DNA of 59,738 bases, filler included, from Mitosporidium daphniae (taxonomy: Eukaryota): the NCBI RefSeq assembly GCF_000760515.2. It is 2 parts of 2 records of this genome, joined end to end, with 100 filler letters (N's around TTAATTAATTAA, not from the genome) between each part and the next. Parts side by side here need not be neighbours in the genome. Positions count along the whole stretch, not along the records: positions 29,957 to 59,738 come from NW_013546212.1; 1 more part is not named here. One strand, 5' to 3'. The stretch's first letter is position 1. The number at the start of each line of letters is the position of its first letter. The notes under the pieces were generated by a model, which was not told where the DNA came from, ran no database searches, and saw only the letters and a program-made list of their open reading frames with translations. Both the position numbers and the translations under genes were made by a program. Shown here piece by piece: positions 49,599-59,738 of this stretch.

Positions 49599-51456
49599 AT
49601 GGCATCTTCAACAAAAAAGCCACATTCAAAGCGCCTTCTTCATCGATATTTACGTTCCCAAATCCCCTCTCAGCAAATATCATCGTTTTCGCAGTGTTCT
49701 TTTAACCAGCTCATTGACAATACTGAGGAATTTGACGATGACGATATTTTGAAACAACAAGTTCCCGTTATCGATCACTCAACCCCAAATGTGATGTATG
49801 CCATTGATGCTCTTAACGCGATGTATCCTGACCTTATCAAAAAGCGCAAAGATATTCCACCGCATTTCGTTGAAACCTCGAATGCAACTCCTCAACTTGT
49901 ATGCAGGTGTATTTTGATTATCTTGTAGGAGAAGCATATCTTACCCAATAAGCTACCTCTTAAAAGCAGATTTATTGAACATCGATTCAAAGACTATAAG
50001 CATAGTAACCCGTATTTTCTTTTTTATTTGATAAGAAATTTTCTCATGGGCATTTTCACTTTCTTGATAAGTTCAAGGATATTTTCCCGGCCTTTGTATT
50101 GCGATTGTATCCCTTTGCCATTTTAATTGATGGATGCGAGGCGCCCCTATTGCTTTCAAGTTACGAAAGCCAGGTGCTGTGGCTTTCTTATTTTAGGAAT
50201 TTTTAGAGTGGATTGATAATGGTCACCTTCATCCCTCCCTGCTTCCAATTATCAGAGACAGGCAAGTTCCATTTTATGATGGATCGATTGTAATAGAAAT
50301 CCACGATTATCGAATGGCGTCTTTGCTGTCAAATGGAGCCAGCCAAGCGCCATTTTGCAGCGGTGGAAAATCTCTCCTCTCAGACCACCCGGAAATACAT
50401 CGAGTATTGTTAAGGCCAAATGAGGCTTCCATTGCTGCAGATATCCAGATGTATTTGGATTCAACGTTGGGAGAAGGTCTTTGGTCAGATGAACAGTATA
50501 TTGAGCTAGAAAAGGGCATAAGGGTACCGCTTATTATCTCATTTCGATTGATTTTTCTCGCATATATGCGTGTTCTTTTTTCGCTTTTTGGTTTCCCATC
50601 TTATTGATAGAACACTACCTCATTGACCCTTTGCCTTGATCCATCCCCGGGCGTCTTTCAAATCATCAACTTTATCAGATTACAAGGAGGAAAATACAAG
50701 ATCCTCAGAGATGAACCATCTGTACGTGCTAAGAAGTTTCGACAATATGAAGCCAATCAGAAGAGCACTGGAGCTCTTTTAACATCAGGCTCAGCACTCT
50801 CCAAATCAATTTCGGACTCGGTTTTGTCGGAAAATTCAAATGGGCTATTATCCCAATTTGACCAAGGCCACCAATCCACATCTGCCTTAGATCAACGGCT
50901 ATTTGGCTTACCGACCGTCTCGCTGTAAATTTCATCCTCTGATGCATAGATTTGGACACTACTCGATCATTGAAAACCTTCGCAAGATAAAATATATTCG
51001 CAATTTGGAGACCTTTTCTGGGCTTGATTCCAGAACCGGAAATTCGGAAATCAGCAATTACCGCTCCAGTATGCCCTGCTGTTCCCTGTAACCCTTAGAT
51101 TTTAACATTCCCCTCCAAAAGATATATCGCACCGTGCGTCTTGTCAGGGATCCGCCAGGTAATTAATTTGATTTATTTCGGCAGATCCTCCGATGAATTA
51201 CACAATCAACGTCATTGCAAACAACGAAAACCAACCAGAAGTTATCCTTAGATTTGGGGCCTCTCAAGACCGCTCCGATAAAGGCGGAGAAACCGTTATA
51301 TTTAGACTGGCTAGCCCCCACCTGATTGAAACATATATGCTTTCCGTGAAGGCTCTCATTATAATCCAAGATGCACGTATGAAGATCACCTGTGATCTCA
51401 CAAATCCAGCTGCATATCAGTATTTCTTTCATCGTCCAAGTAGAGTAATCGATTAA
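49599..51456 (+). CDS. SPT20: SAGA complex subunit Spt20
   Basis: FVLRLYP, EFLEWIDNG.L, VPFYDGSIVIEIHDYR, HRVLLRP...I.ADI and L.LCLDPSP. The 5' exon joins are ambiguous. Confidence 0.82.
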
Positions 51457-51585
51457 TGACTATGTGATGGCAAACACCGCGCCAGCCCCATCTATCGGGT
51501 CGTCACATAATTTTAGCAATTTTTTAAATAAATTTCAAATTAACTGGTCTAGAAATTACTTTTGACTTTGCTTTTTTTGTTATTT

Positions 51586-52293
51586 ATGGATGCTTGTTTG
51601 AACCCTCCGAACATTAAGGTTGATTGTTCAAGCTGCTTAAAGCGGGCACATAATCAAGATGAACTGTTGGTTGAGAACGAGAAGCTCAAAACTATCGTCT
51701 GTAATCTCGAATCTCGTCTGCGGACAAGAGAGAACACCACAAAATTATTAATGAACACCTTCCAAATTCTGCAAAAAAGGGAATCGGAAATCAGGGAGCT
51801 GAAAACTAAAATCTCCTCTTTGGAAAATAACGAGTCCCATATTGCTTTAAAGTCAAAGCTCCAGTACGTCCAATCGCTAAATCTGAGTCTTCAAGAAGAA
51901 CTTTCTCGCTCGGCCTCCATGAATGCTCGATTGGAGGACGCCAAGGCAGAGATAAGTCGTCTCACGCAGTCCTTGTCATCAAATAAGAGACACACCCATG
52001 CAAATCATTTACCTTTATCCCAGGAAGATCTCCCTCGTAGAGGGATCAAGAGGTTTTTGAGCGGCTCTCACAGTAATAATCGGCTGCAAGAGCTTGATTC
52101 GATGCCCTTTGTGTCAGATGCTCTCCAGCCTCAAGATAGTGTAGAATCCACACCTCGACAAGGAATGCCAAAGGTTCTTATCCCCGCATCTCCAATGTAT
52201 GAGAATGATTTAAACTACAATCTTGTGCTTTCTGACAACGACTTTTCTATCTTTTCAGAGGAAATGGCGGATGTCCTCAGTTCCATGTGTTAA
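51586..52293 (+). CDS. Hypothetical coiled-coil protein
   Basis: N-terminal CxxC followed by a long heptad-rich helix and a low-complexity tail. No family recognised. Confidence 0.6.
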   Translation: MDACLNPPNIKVDCSSCLKRAHNQDELLVENEKLKTIVCNLESRLRTRENTTKLLMNTFQILQKRESEIRELKTKISSLENNESHIALKSKLQYVQSLNLSLQEELSRSASMNARLEDAKAEISRLTQSLSSNKRHTHANHLPLSQEDLPRRGIKRFLSGSHSNNRLQELDSMPFVSDALQPQDSVESTPRQGMPKVLIPASPMYENDLNYNLVLSDNDFSIFSEEMADVLSSMC

Positions 52294-52529
52294 ATCAATT
52301 CACAGGATTTATCTGCTGTTGACGTGCTAGCTCTTTATTTATTTGCTGAAGAAATGATTGAAGCCATCAGTCACCTTGCATCAATATTAAATTGCTAGAA
52401 ATTTTATGGCGTAAAAAGGATCTTTCATAATAAATTGAAATTGGACAATCTTGTATCGCATTCGATTACTTGGTTCTGTTTGTAATAATTGTAATATAAA
52501 TATATATTAGATTATTTTGCCGGTCCAAT

Positions 52530-52648
52530 ATCTACGGCCATACACACTGGAAAACACCGGGTCTCGTCCGATCCCCGAAGTCAAGCCAGTGCTGGCGCAG
52601 TCAGTACTATGATGGGTGACCGCATGGGAATACTGCGTGCTGTAGGTT
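52530..52648 (+). rRNA. 5S rRNA (dispersed copy)
   Basis: ATCTACGGCCATAC...CCGATC...GAAGTCAAGC...AGTACT.TGATGGGTGACC...GGGAATAC...GTGCTGTAGGTT with paired termini, an upstream TATA-like tract and a downstream T-run. Confidence 0.96.
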
Positions 52649-52681
52649 CTATCTTTTTAATTTTAAAACTTTCAAGTGTCA

Positions 52682-54326
52682 ATGTCTTCTGACCCCCCCA
52701 ATAACTTGGCCTCATCCTATGGAATGGGATATAAACTGTTAAAGCAAATGGGCTTTTCCCAGGGTGAAGGAGTTGGAAAAAAGCACGGCATTGCTGTTCC
52801 TTTGTCCCATGGAGATTTAAGACCAAAGCAGGCAGGCCTCGGATATTATAAGGAAGAAACTAACGCTTCCATTGATCTGGGAAAAGCTTCCTCCTCCCTA
52901 GACGGCTCTTTACAGCATAAAAAGAACCCCCAATCGCTAAAAGAGCATGCTAGAATTCAGAAAAAGAAAGTTGATCTGATTCAAACAAAGGTAGAGCCTC
53001 TCTCATCTATCTTGGGGGATGCGCGAGAAATGATGATGCCGCCGGTTGGTATGGAGCATGTGGTTTCCTCTTCAGATTCAGGCCTGAAAAAAGTCCTAGA
53101 AGTGGAGGAAAGATGGTTGTTTTTAATGAAAACCGAACGAGATTCGATTGAAATACAAGTCCCAATTTACGAGGCATTGGATGAGTTAACACGCTCTCTT
53201 TCGTCTGCAATTTCTATGATCAAACAAAAGCTTTCTGAAAAGCTGGACGAACCACATATATGGTTACAAGAAATTTTCCAATCCCACATTATTGAAAAAG
53301 TAAAGCTTTTCTACATCCAAATGGAAGAAAAAAGCCGTGCCACCATCACCTCCAAACTAGAAGATAAAGTTTCCGGAGAGCTACACAGGGCCATCAATGA
53401 TGCAGAAAGCAAGGCAGCCTCAGTTTTGTCTGCGACTAACAACATCCTCAGTTCACTGCTGATCCCATTGCACCGGAAGGGATCGTTGATGGAAACAAAT
53501 ATATATTTTCCAGCCGTCTTTACACGGAAACTTCTGCCAGTATACTTGCAGATGGAAAATGTGATTGGCGATCGCATCTCAGGTCCATTTATTTCGCAAT
53601 ATTTTATCTTGGGACTGCTGTTGCCTGCAATTAAAATTTATATTAGGTCTGCCAGCCTTCGAGAAGTCCATAGCCCCATTGTTTGGTGGCTTGAGGTGCT
53701 TCCCTGGGAGATTGTAGAAAATATCATGGAAACGGTTGTGATTCCACAATTGAAGGAGGTTGGCTCAGATTTTATTGATGAGGTTGTGCAGCCCTGGCTT
53801 CCATTCCTGAACAGTGAAAAGACGTTGATTTGTCTTTGTGAGTGTCTTCTTTCCTCTCCTTTTGACTCTGCAAAACAGCTTGAAGAGATCCTTACTGTAT
53901 TGCGAGGGATTGGTCGTATTCCGGCCAGTGCAGAGCATTTTCTTGCAGAAAGACTCTCAAGCTTCCTATTGAAGAACCTCAAGATTGACCCGGAAGAGCA
54001 GGAGCTCGATGCACTCGAGACGGTGATTGAGGCTTCTGATGTTGTTTCGTTGGATCTGATGGCAGGCGTACTTGCAAATGGTCTTTTCCCCCTTCTTTCT
54101 TCATATGCAGCAGCATGGATGCGCTCTTGCACTGTGGAAGACTTGAGAACATCGGCTGCCGATGATATTTTTGGATGGTTTGTTGGGTTTATTTATCACT
54201 AGGTACACCGGCTGGAAACTGCTGCTTCCAGAAGAATTTTCTAACATGCCCGTGATTACTGGTGCCTTGCGCACAGTGCTAGATGCACTGAACCGAAAAT
54301 ATGACGAAAAACTTTCTCGAAGCTGA
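52682..54326 (+). CDS. TFIP11: G-patch spliceosome disassembly factor TFIP11/Ntr1 (Spp382)
   Basis: G-patch GMGYKLLKQMGF..GEGVGK..GI..P...RPKQAGLG and C-terminal IDPEEQ.LD. An intron at 54178-54202 gives WYTGWK...LDALN. Confidence 0.88.
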
Positions 54327-54435
54327 TATTTTTAGACCCGCCGCATTAGTGGACTTATGGTCGCATTACTAGAAGCCTTTTATTTGTGCCAAGTGCATTA
54401 CAAGGGAGCAGAGTTGCTTATGAACTTTGTAAACG

Positions 54436-55608
54436 TTACAAAAAATAGATCTTTTGAATGCGGTCTCGATTAAATTTTTCCCCCGTCAGCGGACAGGTAA
54501 TAAACCCATCAGCATCTGGCACTCCGATTGCCCTTTCGGAGAAAACCTGCCCGTTTGGGAGGGCAATTGCATTGGAGAGGCCGCCACCAGAGATTATTTC
54601 TCCGGAGATACGGCAAATGACTTGTGACGAGTCGTTTCTGCTCAAAGGGAGACAATCGGCCAACTTGAATAGATCTGGTTCTGTACATAATGGGCAGCGC
54701 TTAACAGCAGCATCTGGCCGGCATTGAGGCGTCTTTAGGATGGCCAGGCCCGCTTCTAAATATATCTGTAGGATCGATCTCAATGGCAGTGTCCCGAAGC
54801 ACTGACAGGCAGCTGCCTTGAAAAGAGCGCCGAGGACCTTCCACTTTTCACGTGTTTGGGTTTCACTTGGGGGTTTTTCTGGGCAGGCTAGCAAAGTCAT
54901 CGCTTTGCGAATCGCAGTTGACAGCATCGGCGAATCTGTGCCAAGAGCTGGGAAATATAGCTGGGCATATTCCAGGGCTTGCAGCTTATCCTCGATCTTG
55001 CGAAACTCTTCTATTCGTAGCAAGAGCTCGATTCCTTCCTGGCATGGTAAGTAATTGGATGCTCATACTGGCAATTTGAATGAGCCCTTTTTAGCTCTTT
55101 CGATCCAAGCAATTGCAGTGGTTAGCGAATGGTCCGCCTCCATATCCTTGTGGACGATTTCATCCAGCGCCACCCAAAAGGACGATATTATCGATATACT
55201 GTCTCTTGAAAGAGAGGGGAAGTATTGCATAGCACTTTCGATGCAGCCATTTCGCAATAAAAAGTCGAGGATGAGAAGCGAGTGGTCCGTGGGCAATTCT
55301 GATGCGAAAATAGAAAGCAGAGTTTTTTCTAGCTTTTCCTCTATTTTTCGCTCCTTATGCAGCTATATGATAGGGTCGGGCCAGATCTTACATTCTCAAG
55401 TAGGGTTGATAGCTTTTCGCGCATCTCGGCGATTTCGTAATTTTTGGCGAGAGTTCTTTGAATGGAGGACAATTCCCTTTCCGTATCCCTTTGATGCGAT
55501 CGTATCAGTGCTCTATACGTTTCACATTGGATCTACGGTTATTAGCTGAGCGGCCATGCTATCTACCTTAATAAGGACATGGTACGCCATCGACTGATCT
55601 GCATTCAT
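54436..55608 (-). CDS. FYV10: GID/CTLH ligase subunit Fyv10/Gid9 (MAEA)
   Basis: LisH (LILDFLLRNG..ESA), CTLH (AIAWI..., LRIEEF), LA.LKTPQC..CPLC and RING-like CRISG...LPNGQVF...CPLTGE...KIYFL. Confidence 0.88.
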
Positions 55609-56113
55609 AAATTATTTTTGAAATCCACATTTTAATCAATCACCTTGAGGGCAATTGGATTTTAAAGTCCATTTTGATGATCAGGCCACGACGGCGAGCG
55701 AGTTTTGAATGGAGGGCAACGCCTACCTTGTGCGAGTCAACTTTGAGTGATCGGCAGGCTTTGCGACATTAAAAGTTGAGGGTATTTTGTCTCAATTTCT
55801 CAGGACACTCGTATTAATGGACAACGAACGGCATGCGTGCCATTAATTCATGAAATTCGCGTGGTATTGCAATCCCCCAGTAATTTACACCAATTAAGGC
55901 ACCTGAGCGAAAAAGTGCCATTTAGTAGGGCTGTATTTTGAGCGCAAGCAACATTGTTTCTGTAGATGCCATAAATGCTTCCCTGTTTACGTTTGCAGTC
56001 CAACGTTACCCTTTGATTGCGAAACGTCCGTTTGAGGCAAAAAAATTGCTCAAAAGCCATGTCAAGCAACATGAGCGGCCAAAATGCCCTGTTTGCTTGT
56101 CATCTTATTTATT

Positions 56114-57466
56114 TCATAATTCACCGCCATCTGAGAGGGCCAAGAGAAATGGCGAGCCCGGAGGCGATGTCATTGTTACTTGGCTGGCAGAAGAAAATCT
56201 CTCTCCAGACGGTGCCTGCTTCTTATCAATGGTATCCATTGAAATCAGGGGAGCCGAAGAGGGGGGCATTGCATCATCGTGTCGTTGCATGCAAAAGGGC
56301 CGAGCACAAACAGATCCAAAGCGGCACGGTGTTGACGGGGCATCCGAAGTGGGGTGCAGAAAAATGCAATCAACTCGGGCACAAATAGGACCATACCTAC
56401 AGGGCACGGCGGGTCTGTTTTGAGGGGTCAAGGGATGATGTGGCGTAGGTATTGTCGGAATAGCTGGGTGGGCATATGCACAGGCGTCGCCGCGGCCACA
56501 CCACGGATAGTACCGGCAGATTTCTGTAGATGCTCCAGATTGGCCTCGCGTGGAAACACTCAGCGCCGCCGGCGATGAATGCACATATGGACAGGCGACG
56601 TTCTTGCAAAGATGATCAAATCTGCATGGCATTGCGGACTTTATTTGAACAGATGGATCGGCAGATGTGCCGTCCTCTCTTTTTTTGGCGAGGGAGTCAT
56701 CATGGGAATAGGGGCACGCGTCCCCAAGGTTGCACTTTGGATAATAGAGACAAGGAATCGATTTCTTGAAAAGAGTCGCAGAACAACTGTCGGCTTCGGC
56801 GGTTTCATCGGAGATGACGGAAAACTTTTTCGATTTCGGCAGGGACTGGTCTCGTCGAATTCGCCGTGTATCTTCGTGCCGATCAATAGATCGGCTGCGT
56901 TGTCTTGCATGTGAAGAACGACGATAAGGGGCGGAGGAGGATGAAGAGGGGCCGTTATCCAAAGAAACAGTGAACGAGACATNTTTGGACCGGGAACGAA
57001 GTCTTTCTGTTGGACCATCCCATCTGCCTCTGTATCGCTCCGGAGGCGATTCTCTGCGACGATATGCCTTTTCGCGAGAGCCTTCCCTACGATCACTGCG
57101 ATTTCGTTCGCGATGGTGATAGTTTGAGTGATCCTTTTGAGAAAATTCCCCTGGCTGCTTATTGGAAGTGCCCTCTACTCGGCTCTGAATCGCACCATCT
57201 GAGATTCCCTGCTCCATGTCCATAGACTGCCCAGCCGGTGTTAGCCACGAAACCAGCTTTTCTGCAGCGCTGTTCCCGCCCTCCAAAAATACCGCTAGCT
57301 CTGCGGTCATCTCTTGCGATGATTTTCTGGAAGCAATAAGAACAAGGATATATTCTGTGAGCATCTCTGCATCAGTAGATGCCACATGCATCTCCTGCAG
57401 CTTTTGCAGAATGGACGAGCGCTTCTGCTCACCAGCATTGCCTGTGGCCATGGACATCTGGCTCAT
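56114..57466 (-). CDS. NAB2: Nab2/ZC3H14-like poly(A) RNA-binding protein
   Basis: PWI-like N-terminus (MLTEYILVLI...MTAELAVFL), RS-rich middle and five CCCH fingers. Confidence 0.85.
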   Translation of the reverse strand: MSQMSMATGNAGEQKRSSILQKLQEMHVASTDAEMLTEYILVLIASRKSSQEMTAELAVFLEGGNSAAEKLVSWLTPAGQSMDMEQGISDGAIQSRVEGTSNKQPGEFSQKDHSNYHHRERNRSDRREGSREKAYRRRESPPERYRGRWDGPTERLRSRSKXVSFTVSLDNGPSSSSSAPYRRSSHARQRSRSIDRHEDTRRIRRDQSLPKSKKFSVISDETAEADSCSATLFKKSIPCLYYPKCNLGDACPYSHDDSLAKKREDGTSADPSVQIKSAMPCRFDHLCKNVACPYVHSSPAALSVSTRGQSGASTEICRYYPWCGRGDACAYAHPAIPTIPTPHHPLTPQNRPAVPCRYGPICARVDCIFLHPTSDAPSTPCRFGSVCARPFCMQRHDDAMPPSSAPLISMDTIDKKQAPSGERFSSASQVTMTSPPGSPFLLALSDGGEL

Positions 57467-57612
57467 GTAGAAATTTATTAAATTACAAGTCAGATTTGTG
57501 CGTTTATTAATTTACAAATAACAGCAACTAAATTTTCGGGTTATTTCCAGACTCCTAACCCTAATTGGGGTTCGCATCAAATCTTGGTGATTTGTGCTTT
57601 CTTGCATGCAAG

Positions 57613-58666
57613 ATGAACATTCTCATCATGTGTAAGGACGATGCAGAAACGATCAGAATGAGCACAGAGTTTATTTTGCAGCTCGACAGCATCATCACAT
57701 ATACTTCTCTGGTGGCGTATGTGCCCACTTCGTTTTGCATTGCACCCTCGTCCTGCCACAATATTCATTTAGAGACATGGGATCCTGGTTGCGAGCAGTT
57801 ACAAAACCTGGATCTTGTGCTCGCCATCGGCGGCGATGGTACAGTTTTAAATGCCGCGTGGCAATTCCAAGGTCCGCCTATACCACCGATCCTACCGATT
57901 TTCCTCCGAGGTACGCTCGGCTTCCTAACACTATGGGACCTTTCGTCGACATTTGAATTGCTTTTAAAGGTCCCTTTAAACCTGCCATCTATTTCGGAGC
58001 GAATGCGCCTGTGCTGCAAGATTATCTATCGAACTGGCGATTGTTCCCGTCTTTTTCATGTCCTTAATGAATGTGTGGTCGATAAAGGCGCCTATGGCGG
58101 CCTACTGAAGCTGGAGTTGCATGCTGCATCTCGCATGACAGAGGCATCTTTCAATCGAGCGGCGACCTCGTGTGACGCAGAGGAGCCTTTTTACCGTTTG
58201 TTGTCGATAATATCTGCCGATGGTGTGATAGTGGCCACGCCCACAGGATCGACTGCCTATTCTGTACACGAGACTTTCTAACGGCCATAGATGTCTGCTG
58301 GAGGCCCGATCATTCATCCCACGCTCAAAGCAATGCTTCTCACGCCCATCTGTGCCCATTCTCTTTCGTTCCGCCCAATTGTTCTGCCATTGGAGGAGAT
58401 ACTTTCCATCTCGCTGGCCGAAAATTGCCGCTCCGAAAGCGCCTGGGTAAAGCGGGATTTCCTTATTTTAGGTCTCATTTGATGGGCGCAGTAGAATTGA
58501 GCTAAGGAAAGGGGATAGAATTATAATTGGCCGCTCTTCGTGGCCGCTACCTCTACTTACGGCACCGAGCAACTCAACTTCTACCCAGACAATTGAATGG
58601 TTTGACTCGCTTTCGGCCCGTCTACACTGGAACGAAGACTATGCAAGGGCCTCGGCCCCCACATAA
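57613..58666 (+). CDS. NAD(+)/NADH kinase
   Basis: [57 protein letters not shown] and L.WN. Introns at 58264-58290 and 58447-58471. Confidence 0.94.
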
Positions 58667-58777
58667 TGGCTCCCGAGCAGGGGATGCATGCCAACTAGCT
58701 GGCCAACAAATAATTAATAGAGAAAGAGACCTACAACACAATAATTTGGTCACATAGACGAGCATCGGCATTGTGTA

Positions 58778-59284
58778 TTAAAAATCCATCAGCAGCTCGT
58801 CCACGGCCCAGTCTTCGTACGAACGGTCGGGAAGGTATCGCCGGATCAGAAACGGGATCTTTCGTTCTCGAAGCTCCTTCATTGCGATTTGTAGCGGGTC
58901 TGTCTCTCCTTCAAGCTCGACCATCGGCGGTGCATTCATACTAGGAATAAATGAGATTGGATCGCACCTGAGCTGCAGAGCTCGTGTACCGAGGAGCCGA
59001 GCTCGCTCATACTTGGTCATGTACCTGGTCGTTATGCGCTTTTCAATTGGAAGCAATGTGGTCGTATAGCCGGTAAACGAGGAAGATGAGGCTGTGGATG
59101 CCGGCAGCTCTATCAAATGGGTAGATGCGGTCGGGTCTGTTGCAAGCAGCGATGCTTCGAATCCAGACTCCTTTGATTCGTCGCGAAACATTTGCTCGCT
59201 TTCGTGTGTCGGTTCTTCTTCCTCGTCCATGATGGGCTCTTCGTCCTCGTGAAAGCCATGCATATCGACCTCATTATCGGACAT
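58778..59284 (-). CDS. RPB6: RNA polymerase I/II/III common subunit Rpb6
   Basis: [36 protein letters not shown] and IRRYLPD. 27-nt intron at 58941-58967. Confidence 0.97.
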   Translation of the reverse strand: MSDNEVDMHGFHEDEEPIMDEEEEPTHESEQMFRDESKESGFEASLLATDPTASTHLIELPASTASSSSFTGYTTTLLPIEKRITTRYMTKYERARLLGTRALQLRCDPISFIPSMNAPPMVELEGETDPLQIAMKELRERKIPFLIRRYLPDRSYEDWAVDELLMDF

Positions 59285-59344
59285 GTTCCCAATAAATACT
59301 AAAAGCCGGTAAAATTAATTTTTAATTGCAGTTTCACGTAATAA

Positions 59345-59738
59345 ATGTCGTTGCCCCTCTCGCTTTCAGAAATCTGCTATTACCGGTCCGGGTTTGTCTC
59401 GGGGGTGCGCGTCGACGGGCGTTCTCTGATGCAAAAGCGGCAATCCATGATTTCCGTCAATACCCTCAAACACACACCGGGCTCTGCCTCGATTACCATT
59501 GATGGGACAAGCATTCTGATCGCCATACAGGCCAAATTTTGCGAACAGCCAACGCCGATCCAATTCCTGGTAGACTAGTAAGTTTGTGTTGGTGTTATCA
59601 TTAGCGCACCATCGGCCAAAATTTTCCAGCCCGAGACAATAGCAGCAAAATGTGCGCTTCTGCAAGAGCTCCTCACATCGGCTTATGCCTCCATGCGGGA
59701 ATTCCAAGTGGGAAGCTCCACTGGATACTGGCACTTGA
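59345..59738 (+). CDS. RRP42: Exosome subunit Rrp42/EXOSC7 (runs off window end)
   Basis: LS.SE..Y...G....RVDGR and GSA of the RNase PH domain. Intron at 59578-59603. Confidence 0.8.

Overview
This is a eukaryotic window from an extremely compact genome. It holds about 45 protein-coding genes, often only 15-150 bp apart, and many are split by tiny spliceosomal introns (mostly 22-35 nt), so the ORF track fragments most of them. Gene content is fungal-like housekeeping: lipin, proteasome alpha2, IPP1, CTU1, NCA2, TPA1, INO80, TCF25, Mei2-like, fimbrin, CWC21, DIM1, calcineurin B, PRP16, SEC61, telomerase reverse transcriptase, septin, PUT1, MCM7, SPT20, TFIP11, FYV10, NAB2, NAD kinase, RPB6 and RRP42. 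There are also tRNA-Lys(CTT), tRNA-Ala(CGC) and a lone 5S rRNA gene. Micro-introns, microsporidia-like AAATTT start signals and retained mitochondrial-respiration genes fit best with an early-branching microsporidian/Rozellomycota parasite such as Mitosporidium (inference; no search was run). An artificial N44-TTAATTAATTAA-N44 linker at 29857-29956 joins two contigs. No transposon or CRISPR array was found. The most notable observations are three genes absent from the ORF track (DMAC1-like, YAE1-like, DPB4-like fragment), a convergent CDS overlap, GC-AG and AAG splice sites, stop-free 3n micro-introns, a telomere-like AACCCTAA motif recurring at gene starts, candidate structured ncRNA gaps, and candidate secreted invasion proteins (ricin-B lectin, Pro-rich repeat). 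Family assignments come from motif recognition by eye, and exon joins were inferred manually.
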